Part shown: in pieces, positions 1-7,422 of the stretch
How the letters are laid out: each line of letters starts with the position of its first letter
Position numbering within the stretch: the stretch's first letter is position 1
Sequence record: SRR20825010_3786
DNA: 35,918 nucleotides
Direction: 5' to 3' (one strand)
The notes under the pieces: generated by a model
Told to the model about the DNA's origin: nothing
The model's input: only the letters and a program-made list of their open reading frames with translations
The model's database searches: none
Position numbers and translations under genes: made by a program

Positions 1-97
1 CTATCAGACATTCCTATCCCGTTCAGGACAAAAACTTGTGCTGTGCTCGATAATGATTTGATTTAGTTACCAACTGATATTTTGTTGGCGATGGAAG

Positions 98-601
98 TCA
101 AGAGAGGCTTGGAGGCGGAGGAGTAACCGGTTCAGAACCTGGGCTTTTGTAAAGGCTTAAATAATGGTGTTCTGTTTCTGAAAGCTTAAAATTTGATCTA
201 GTGCTTTTTATCAAGCTGTTGGATTGTGAGTAAACAAAGATGAAAAGTGGGCTTAGCGTTTCTGTTGGTGAAACATCTTGAGCTTGACCTTTCAGCTTGT
301 CAAATCCATTGGTGTGATCTTCAATTTCATGGCTTTTGCTTGCCATGTTTTCAATATGATCGTTATTATCGTGATTATTGTCTGCATGATGGTCATCCTT
401 CTGCTGAATGGCATCATGTTCGTGGTGATCATTACCTTCCTTTTCCTCTTCATACCCATGGTCGTGTTCATGAACCTGACCATGGGTATGAAATGGATTT
501 TTAATATCGTGTAAAAGCTCATGACCAGCCGTAGCCACCCCATATCCAAATAGGATCATCACATAAGTGATTATAAGTCCGGTGGCGACAGATTTGATCA
601 T
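98..601 (-). CDS. His-rich exported/membrane-anchored hypothetical protein with C-terminal poly-Pro (PVTPPPP)
   Basis: 167 aa ORF with hydrophobic N-terminus; 18 His, 16 of them in residues 27-96; ATG overlaps the TPR gene stop (TAATG). Confidence 0.8.
   Translation of the reverse strand: MIKSVATGLIITYVMILFGYGVATAGHELLHDIKNPFHTHGQVHEHDHGYEEEKEGNDHHEHDAIQQKDDHHADNNHDNNDHIENMASKSHEIEDHTNGFDKLKGQAQDVSPTETLSPLFIFVYSQSNSLIKSTRSNFKLSETEHHYLSLYKSPGSEPVTPPPPSLS
449..492. repeat. 44-bp near-perfect palindrome inside the His-rich CDS
   Basis: TTCATACCCATGGTC-gt-GTTCATGAAC-ct-GACCATGGGTATGAA: perfect 15-bp arms, two mismatched pairs, palindromic core. Confidence 0.9.
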
Positions 602-1896
602 TAGCTTTTTAACGCTTTTTTGATTTTTTCAGTAGTTAAGGGGCCTAACTCAAAAGTACTTTCTAAAGCTTCTTTTAAGTATGCTTTACCCTTTTTCTTA
701 AAATTATTTGTCTTAAAAATGACTCCCAAGTGATAAAGCACTTCGGGATGAGAAGTTTTATCTTCGATATGAGAAGTAGCCAGTTCCAAAGCTTTTTCAT
801 TGTCTCCCTTCTGGAAGTATGACCAAGCCAATAGGTCATACATTTCAGGCGTTGGCCTTTTCTCTTGTTCAGCTGTTGCTCTTGTTAGGGCTGCTTCTGG
901 CATTTTTAAGTCTTCTGCTTCTAACAGAATGAGATACTTATTGTACATCCCTAAATATTCAGGTGAAGATGCTTGAGCATAATATGCCTTTTTCAATTCC
1001 GTAGAAAGGGCATTATTATTTTCGTATTCGGCAATTTCGGCCAAAATAAAATTGATTTGAGGATCATCAACATGTGACTTCACCTTGGCTAAAATTCTTT
1101 TTGCCTCAGTCGTGTTTTTATCGTGTGCAAAGTTGATCCAAGCAATACCTTGTAGTGAATGCCAGTGTTCTGGATTTTTCTTTAACACTTCTAAATAAGC
1201 GTTGTAAGAATCCTGAATTCTTCCAGCGTGCCCATACATATCGCCAAGATTAGATTTTGCCCAAGTGAAAAGTGAATTGTCAGCCTTTACTCTTTCAAAG
1301 GCTTGTTCCATCAACACTATTGCTTGGCCTAGATCTCCATTATGGTCTGCTAATTTTGAAGCTCTTACTAGGTAATCAAAAGCATTTTTGTTTTCCTGCA
1401 TGTTCAGAATGCCAGTTGCTCTTTGGTATTCACCGAGCTCCATAACGGCATCGAAGAGCAAGTAATAAGTACTCGTTTTTTTGTCTCCTTCAAGCATGGC
1501 TAATTCAGCGTATTTTTTTGCTTCGACAAACTCATGTTTGGTAATTGAATTACTGCTAAGTGCTTGGTATAAGCCTGCTTTGCTAAAGGGATTTAATTCA
1601 ACAGCTTTTTTATAAAGGCTATCTGAAATATGAATATTTTCTATTGATCCATCCAGTCTGAATTGACTGCTTTTTAAACCAGCTAGTTTGCTGATGTAGG
1701 TAAAACTGTTGGGGGAATTGGAAAGCTTATTTTCCCAAAATTGAATTTCTTCATTCAACGTTTCTAAAGCCTGTTGTGAAGGTTGCTCTTGTAGAAACTG
1801 GTTGTAATCTGCCGAATCGGCAATTTTTTGTTCTGATACTTTACTTTGACAAGAAAGAACAGTAATGCTAAGGAGTAGCCAAAATAGATTTTTCAT
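601..1896 (-). CDS. Tetratricopeptide-repeat lipoprotein
   Basis: 431 aa; lipobox VLSC; TPR-like helices (NLGDMYGHAGR, LLAWSYFQKGD, YHLGVIF). Confidence 0.85.
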   Translation of the reverse strand: MKNLFWLLLSITVLSCQSKVSEQKIADSADYNQFLQEQPSQQALETLNEEIQFWENKLSNSPNSFTYISKLAGLKSSQFRLDGSIENIHISDSLYKKAVELNPFSKAGLYQALSSNSITKHEFVEAKKYAELAMLEGDKKTSTYYLLFDAVMELGEYQRATGILNMQENKNAFDYLVRASKLADHNGDLGQAIVLMEQAFERVKADNSLFTWAKSNLGDMYGHAGRIQDSYNAYLEVLKKNPEHWHSLQGIAWINFAHDKNTTEAKRILAKVKSHVDDPQINFILAEIAEYENNNALSTELKKAYYAQASSPEYLGMYNKYLILLEAEDLKMPEAALTRATAEQEKRPTPEMYDLLAWSYFQKGDNEKALELATSHIEDKTSHPEVLYHLGVIFKTNNFKKKGKAYLKEALESTFELGPLTTEKIKKALKS

Positions 1897-1920
1897 GATT
1901 GTAGCTTTTGAGGTGGAAAA

Positions 1921-2007
1921 AAGTAGCAGTCTTGAATGTGCCTGTTTTGAACAGATCCTGAAACTCCCCGAATTCTCGGGACAGGATGACTTTCAAGACT
2001 GCTGCTT
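1921..2007. repeat. Structured intergenic element: 16-bp inverted repeat enclosing REP-like hairpins, with a U-tract on the minus strand
   Basis: AAGTAGCAGTCTTGAA (1921-1936) pairs with TTCAAGACTGCTGCTT (1992-2007); internal ATCCTG/CAGGAT and CCCGA-ATTC-TCGGG. Confidence 0.75.
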
Positions 2008-2020
2008 GGTTATTTGTTGC

Positions 2021-2566
2021 TTACCAAGGTGTGGCCAAGTAAGGGAATGTAGATAAGAATGCTTTGTCGTTTGAACTCACATTATCATCAGTCAATCCTG
2101 GCTTTTCAGTAGCATCTGGTCCACCAAAGATCAAAATCAATTCTACAGTGATTACATCATCGGTCAAAGCTCTACCTGTTAACACGTTCGTTCCATCATA
2201 GAAAGTTGTTGTTCCGTCTAATGATACACTCAAAACATCAGTTGCTAAAGCGCCTGTAAAAGCAGCGGCACTAAAGGTCAATAAGTTTGTAGTATAATCT
2301 GGGTTCAAAGCCAATAGTTTGGCCTGAAAAGCAGATTGGAAAGCGGCTCCTTGCATAGAAGGAACAGTAGTGTTAAATTCATCTTTTTTATCAGCTGAAA
2401 CAAACACTGTGTTGATCGCAGGCCTACCCATTTGATCTTCTTGCACATAGGTAGTAGAAGTTTCAGGAGTCATTTCTCCGTCATCGTCACCACATGATAA
2501 AGTTCCTAAGGCTAGCGTGCACACTGCTGCTACTGCCCAAAATTTGTTTATATATGTCTTTTTCAT
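2021..2566 (-). CDS. DUF4331-family lipoprotein (C-terminal half of the family)
   Basis: Lipobox TLSC followed by GDDD; motifs QEDQMGRPAINTVF, GRALTDDV, FPYLATPW. Confidence 0.85.
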   Translation of the reverse strand: MKKTYINKFWAVAAVCTLALGTLSCGDDDGEMTPETSTTYVQEDQMGRPAINTVFVSADKKDEFNTTVPSMQGAAFQSAFQAKLLALNPDYTTNLLTFSAAAFTGALATDVLSVSLDGTTTFYDGTNVLTGRALTDDVITVELILIFGGPDATEKPGLTDDNVSSNDKAFLSTFPYLATPW

Positions 2567-2591
2567 CTTAGTATCTTTTTCTGGTTAAAAA

Positions 2592-3248
2592 TTATTGCTT
2601 TCTGTTACTGGTTACCCAAGTATTGATGGTTCCTGAACCCCCTACTGTAGATTTAGGAACTTCAATTACTACAGACATTACATTGGTGCCTGCGAAAGTA
2701 TCTGCTCCAGGGCTATTAAAACTTGTCGCGTTTCCTGCGATAATTTCACCATACTGAGCAAAGTCCATAAAGAAGGGGTCATCTCTCGGTCCAGCGAAAA
2801 CTTTCATTGCTCCAGATGTTCCAACAGTAGCATTAGCACCGTAAGCTGTAATGTTTGCTGTGGCTGTTGCTGTCGTTGATGATAAGATTGTAGAGTTTAA
2901 ACCTGTTCTCGTTGGTGCCATTGGACCATACACGTAAACTTTACCGTCTTTGAAAGTACACTGAATAACAAGGTCTTCAACTGCATCGCCAGTATTGTCG
3001 ATGTTGAATTCAACCATTACATTTTCATCAAACGAAGCCGAAGCTGAAGCCGATGGAGATAATAAACCTTGAAGGTTCGCAACGAACACTACGTTCGAGC
3101 TAGATTCTGGGCTTTGGAATGCGTAAAAGTCTGTGATATCCGAAGATGTACTTGCAACGCCAGGGGCATCAATATGATCCGCTGCGAAAAGGTAGGCTGT
3201 GGCGATTAGGGCCAAACTACCGAGGGTGATTACTGCTTTTCTTTTCAT
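2592..3248 (-). CDS. DUF4331-family secreted protein (N-terminal half of the family)
   Basis: Start moved to ATG 3248 (MKRK signal peptide); motifs ADHIDAP, DITDFYAF, FAGPRDDPFF, DTFAGTNV. Confidence 0.85.
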   Translation of the reverse strand: MKRKAVITLGSLALIATAYLFAADHIDAPGVASTSSDITDFYAFQSPESSSNVVFVANLQGLLSPSASASASFDENVMVEFNIDNTGDAVEDLVIQCTFKDGKVYVYGPMAPTRTGLNSTILSSTTATATANITAYGANATVGTSGAMKVFAGPRDDPFFMDFAQYGEIIAGNATSFNSPGADTFAGTNVMSVVIEVPKSTVGGSGTINTWVTSNRKQ

Positions 3249-3332
3249 AATGTTATTAATTTTTGACAATAAGAATCCCGGATTGATATTTTATCAACCT
3301 GATTTGTAAATAGTTATGTAAAATTTGATGGT

Positions 3333-3890
3333 TTACTTAGGAAGTACGACCGAGTCGATTATATGGATAACTCCATTAGACTGGTACACATCGTACAGGG
3401 AAATGTTGGATGAGTTTCCTTTCTCATCTGTTAATGTAATGTTCTTCTCACCGTTCATTTTGGCAATTAATATGCCTCCACTTACAGTTGTTAATTTTGC
3501 CATGCCGTTGCCTTTTTTGATGGCTTTCATAATGGCTTTGGAGTCCATTCTACCTGCCACTACATGGTAAGTAAGAATTTGAGTCAGCATTGTTTTGTTT
3601 TCAGGCGTCAATAGTGTTGCTACTGTTCCTTCTGGTAATTTGTCGAATGCTGCATTGGTGGGTGCGAAAACCGTGAACGGTCCTGCGTCTTGCAAAGTTT
3701 CTACCAAGCCTGCTGCTTTCACTGCGGCAACTAGGGTGGTGTGGTCTTTAGAGTTAACCGCGTTTTCAATAATGTTCTTCATCGGGTACATCTTTTCTCC
3801 CCCTACCGTTACGGTGCTTTGGGCTTGAATTGAATTTGCTCCTATGGCGAAAAACGCGATCATCAGTAATTGTGTGATTTTCTTTTTCAT
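3333..3890 (-). CDS. Secreted fasciclin (FAS1, MPT70-like) domain protein
   Basis: Motifs TLVAAVKAAGLVETL, GPFTVFAPTNAAF, ILTYHVV, SNGVIHIIDSVVLP; start MKKK at 3890. Confidence 0.95.
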   Translation of the reverse strand: MKKKITQLLMIAFFAIGANSIQAQSTVTVGGEKMYPMKNIIENAVNSKDHTTLVAAVKAAGLVETLQDAGPFTVFAPTNAAFDKLPEGTVATLLTPENKTMLTQILTYHVVAGRMDSKAIMKAIKKGNGMAKLTTVSGGILIAKMNGEKNITLTDEKGNSSNISLYDVYQSNGVIHIIDSVVLPK

Positions 3891-3920
3891 TAGGTAATTG
3901 TTTTTGATTTCGGTCATACA

Positions 3921-3947
3921 TACGGAGCCTTATGCACGACTGGATTT
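3921..3947 (-). promoter_or_regulatory. Candidate SigK-like ECF sigma promoter AAATCC-N16-CCGTA
   Basis: Minus strand reads tAAATCCagtcgtgcataaggctCCGTAtg about 30 nt upstream of the fasciclin start; resembles the mycobacterial SigK promoter (CCATCC...CCGAA). Confidence 0.55.
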
Positions 3948-4086
3948 AGGGGGAGGGGAAATTTCTTTAGAAAGAATTAATTGAAGGAAAAACTTTAGCG
4001 AAGGGAACGCTTGAAGTAGAAGCTAGGAGAGTAAGTTGCTTCTGGCCTTATTGAGCTGAAAAGGCCACTAGAGTCCTTGGTTTAAG

Positions 4087-4122
4087 TTTCTTCCCGTCAG
4101 CTTTAATGCAGACGGGAAGAAA
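4087..4122 (-). terminator. Stem-loop after the DoxX gene
   Basis: TTTCTTCCCGTC pairs with GACGGGAAGAAA (12-bp arms). Confidence 0.6.
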
Positions 4123-4133
4123 TGAATTGCCAT

Positions 4134-4511
4134 TTATTTAATCATTGGCATGTACTTGTCACGGTTTTCAAAAATTACCCAAAGGTTGATTACTAATAAC
4201 GCAATGGCCATTGGTAAACCAGAAGGAGCGTTGATAGTGTGCGTTAACATAATCCCAACCATTATCGGAAAGATTACTATAGCGCCTAAAGCTCTGTATT
4301 TTGGAATCATAAAGAGGACTCCTCCTAAAATTTCGACAACGGCAATAAGAGGCATCAACCAGCTTATTTCCATCATAGCCCCCATTATTTTTAGCATGTT
4401 TTCGGGTATGTCATCGGGCACAGGCATGTAATTGAAGAACTTGTTCAAACCTGCATTGATAAACATTAGGCCAAAGAGCACACTGAGAACGAAAAGGATT
4501 TTCTTTTTCAT
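4134..4511 (-). CDS. DoxX-family membrane protein
   Basis: 125 aa with four hydrophobic segments; FINAGLNKF and VEILGGVL motifs. Confidence 0.85.
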   Translation of the reverse strand: MKKKILFVLSVLFGLMFINAGLNKFFNYMPVPDDIPENMLKIMGAMMEISWLMPLIAVVEILGGVLFMIPKYRALGAIVIFPIMVGIMLTHTINAPSGLPMAIALLVINLWVIFENRDKYMPMIK

Positions 4512-4613
4512 AGTTTAGTGATTTTAATATTTAAGTCATTGAATATCACAATTTTTCAGCACAAAAGCGCAAGCTAAATAAAGATTTAATTGTGATCTTA
4601 TCGACTCGAACTA

Positions 4614-5333
4614 TTAAAAACTCATTACCTCTCTAAACTTGATGCTTTGTCTGCGAGAAACTTCGATCTCTTCGCCATCTTTTAAATAGACTTTAAGCGT
4701 TCCACTGAACCATGGCTCAATACGCTGAATGTATTTTAGGTTAATGATTTGCTGACGGTTGGCACGAAAAAATACTTCCGTATCTAAGCGAGACTCCATA
4801 TAATTGAGTGATCGCGGAATCATAGGTTTTTGGTCTTTGAAGAAAATGCGGGTATAGCTGCCCATGATTTCTAAGATTCGTATTTCAGCTAAATCTACAA
4901 ACCAGCAGGTCTCGCCATCTTTCACAAAAACTTGGTTATTCAAGCCCAATACGTTTTTGTCCTTTGAATCCGATGCCCGTTTTCTAATTTTTGCTGCTGC
5001 TTTTTCCAGCGCCAAAGCCAAACGGTCGTCCTTAATTGGTTTCTGAAGATAGTCGAGTGCGTTATGGTCAAAGGCCTTCATGGCATAATGATCGAAAGCC
5101 GTGGTGAAGATTACCTCTGGTGCATCTTCCAATTCTTGAAGTAGCTCAAAACCATCTTTTCCCGGCATCTGAATGTCTAGAAAGAGAAGTTCAGGTTTTA
5201 ATTCAATGATTTTCTCTAAAGCCTCATCCGCATTTTCGGCTTCACCAATGACTTGAACATCATCTCTATTTTTCAGCAGGTGCTTTAGTTCTTGCCTTGC
5301 TAAATTTGAATCATCTATAATGAGTGCTTTCAT
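4614..5333 (-). CDS. LytR/AlgR-family (LytTR) response regulator
   Basis: Receiver domain (IIDD, FLDIQMP, FTTAF, DYLQKP) plus LytTR domain (FFRANRQQIINL, EVSRR). Confidence 0.95.
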   Translation of the reverse strand: MKALIIDDSNLARQELKHLLKNRDDVQVIGEAENADEALEKIIELKPELLFLDIQMPGKDGFELLQELEDAPEVIFTTAFDHYAMKAFDHNALDYLQKPIKDDRLALALEKAAAKIRKRASDSKDKNVLGLNNQVFVKDGETCWFVDLAEIRILEIMGSYTRIFFKDQKPMIPRSLNYMESRLDTEVFFRANRQQIINLKYIQRIEPWFSGTLKVYLKDGEEIEVSRRQSIKFREVMSF

Positions 5334-6370
5334 GACAATGGAATTTTAAGCGATGCAGTTACCGTATTATCCGAAGAGTTTTCAACCTTGAGTTCGGCAA
5401 AATGGCCAAAGAGAATTTTTAAACGTTCGATTAAGTTTTTCAAGCCAATTCCCTCGCGTTTACTCTTTTCTTTGAGCTGACCATTGTTACAAACCTCAAT
5501 GCGTAAATGATCATTCTCGAGTATCGATCTGATCAATATATTTCCCCCAGTTGTCATTTGAGAAACTCCATGTTTGATGGCATTTTCTACCAAAAGTTGA
5601 ATGGCCATTGGAGGAATTTTGATGTCCAAACTGCTGTCATCTATTTCAAAAGCATATGTTAATCGGTTATCAAACTGAATCGACTCTAGTTGTAAGTAGT
5701 CTTTTACAATGTCAATCTCCTGACCCAGCGTTACTTTTTCGGCTGCATTAAACTGTATAGAATAACGCAGGAGTTCTGAAATATGAGTGACCATAGAACG
5801 TGCTTTTTCAGGGTCAGAAAGAATAAGTGACCTGATGTTATTCAGCGCGTTGAACAGAAAATGAGGGTTGATTTGGTTCTTAAGAATCGCTAATTCTGCC
5901 TCTTGCAAAGCCGAGGTAAGTTCAAGTTTTTCAATCTCACTTCTTCGGTTGCGCTGAATAATGTGGTAAGCAAAATAGAGAGTCGCCCAACTGGCCATTA
6001 CGATAGAAACACTTCCAATATAACCGACAAAATTGATCCAACTGAACGGCAGAATGCCTTTTAGCGGTAGAACTAAATAGATCAACATGTGAATAAAAGA
6101 TTGTGAGAGGGCAGAAACTACAATAGCACCCAAGATCAATTTTGGCAGTAAGGATTTTATGGATAATTGTGTCCAGTCATTGCTTTTTATATACCAGCGA
6201 AAAAGGTGTGAAAATGCAAGCAGACAAGCCCCAATGATGAATTGGAGCTTGAAGATCTCTAACGTTATGTTTTCGGAGCCAGCGAAAACATAGACCATGC
6301 CTACGCTAAACAGGGTGTAAATAGTCCAGCCAAAAATTTGGCAGAGCCAATAAAGTGTTGATTGCTTCAT
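5330..6370 (-). CDS. LytS/YehU-family membrane sensor histidine kinase
   Basis: H-box LKNQINPHFLFNALNNI, LVENAIKHG, GIGLKNL; N-terminal TM bundle; ATGA overlap with the regulator; start moved to MKQ. Confidence 0.95.
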   Translation of the reverse strand: MKQSTLYWLCQIFGWTIYTLFSVGMVYVFAGSENITLEIFKLQFIIGACLLAFSHLFRWYIKSNDWTQLSIKSLLPKLILGAIVVSALSQSFIHMLIYLVLPLKGILPFSWINFVGYIGSVSIVMASWATLYFAYHIIQRNRRSEIEKLELTSALQEAELAILKNQINPHFLFNALNNIRSLILSDPEKARSMVTHISELLRYSIQFNAAEKVTLGQEIDIVKDYLQLESIQFDNRLTYAFEIDDSSLDIKIPPMAIQLLVENAIKHGVSQMTTGGNILIRSILENDHLRIEVCNNGQLKEKSKREGIGLKNLIERLKILFGHFAELKVENSSDNTVTASLKIPLS

Positions 6371-6435
6371 CTTTTTCGAAATTGAACAGAAAAGCGAACA
6401 AGTCAATGACTCGAACGCTATTCTGTTAGGCTAAT

Positions 6436-7314
6436 TTATAAGAACTTTTTCAACCAATTCTGAAAGAATTCAGGGTCATCCCACATGATAAAGTGGTTGC
6501 CAATGTCGGTCATGTCTACTTTCACTCCTTTTAAGTTAGCATATTGGTCTGTGTAAAGTTTTAAAGTGCTTTCTCGGGTCGAACCGAATGGCTTATAAGC
6601 TACCCAAGCCCCCAACACTAAAGTTGGTACTTTGATTTTACCCAGCTCGCCTCGGAGATCGGTGGTGTACATTTCGTACATCGACTCGCCTACAGTTTCC
6701 TGGTCGCTATCAATCGCCCAGTTTGTAGCAATTTCAATTTGAGCAGGATCATTAATCATACTGACAAGCATTTGGCGCTGGTAGGCTTTTCTTCCTTCTA
6801 ATGGTTGGCTGGCAGAAGCCACTACTTGGGTCTTCATCGACTTGGCCATTGGCTTGGCCTCCTCTGCTGTCATGCCCGACATCATTACGCCTGTCATAAA
6901 GGGTAGCGCATCCACAATCACCAATTTTGAAGCCAGATCAGGGTTTTGAATACCAATGTTCAATGCTAAAAAGCCGCCCAAGCTATGACCAATAATGATA
7001 GGCTTTTTCAACTTTTCTTTCTGGATGTATTTGACTACTTCATCTTTCATTTTGGATAAATACTTTCCTTCATGATCGGCAAGGGGCGCATTGCCCGCAA
7101 AACCCGGAAGGGTGATAATGTGATACTCGAAGTTTGCATCTAAAGCAGCTATGGTAGAATCCCAAACTTCGCCAGAGCAGGTGAGTCCGGGAATAAGTAC
7201 TACAGGCTGACCTTTGCCCACTACGCGAATGTTTAAACCGGGGTCTTGTCCTTTCAATTGAAAACTGATGACGCTTATTAAGGCGACTAGAATTGTTGCT
7301 TTGAATTTTCTCAT
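6436..7314 (-). CDS. Secreted alpha/beta hydrolase
   Basis: Signal peptide; GHSLG nucleophile elbow; GNHFIMWD catalytic His region. Confidence 0.9.
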   Translation of the reverse strand: MRKFKATILVALISVISFQLKGQDPGLNIRVVGKGQPVVLIPGLTCSGEVWDSTIAALDANFEYHIITLPGFAGNAPLADHEGKYLSKMKDEVVKYIQKEKLKKPIIIGHSLGGFLALNIGIQNPDLASKLVIVDALPFMTGVMMSGMTAEEAKPMAKSMKTQVVASASQPLEGRKAYQRQMLVSMINDPAQIEIATNWAIDSDQETVGESMYEMYTTDLRGELGKIKVPTLVLGAWVAYKPFGSTRESTLKLYTDQYANLKGVKVDMTDIGNHFIMWDDPEFFQNWLKKFL

Positions 7315-7336
7315 GTCTTCTAAATTTTGTTGTATC

Positions 7337-7344
7337 CAAAAGTA
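7337..7344 (-). promoter_or_regulatory. Bacteroidota sigma-70 -7 box (TACTTTTG)
   Basis: Exact TAnnTTTG match 22 nt upstream of the hydrolase ATG. Confidence 0.7.
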
Positions 7345-7377
7345 CGTTGGCTCATGGCTCTTTTTGAAGACATTTAA

Positions 7378-7407
7378 GGGAGCGGAAGAAAACCCTCGGG
7401 AGTGGAA
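7378..7407 (-). promoter_or_regulatory. Candidate LytTR-binding direct repeat
   Basis: GGGAGCGGAA (7378-7387) and GGGAGTGGAA (7398-7407), 20-bp period, just upstream of the promoter of the operon encoding the LytTR regulator. Confidence 0.65.
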
Positions 7408-7422
7408 TGGCCTATCATTACC

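Noticed and set aside
1-60. Possible degenerate REP fragment at the window start
   Set aside because: No clear stem can be drawn and the left context is missing
247-549. Three overlapping alternative ORFs (247-504 +, 278-514 +, 292-549 -)
   Set aside because: Shadows of the low-complexity CAT/GAT-rich His tract and its palindrome; the 98-601 frame has a signal sequence and translational coupling
3283-3297. FNR box
   Set aside because: TTGAT...ATCAA spacing is 5 nt, not the required 4
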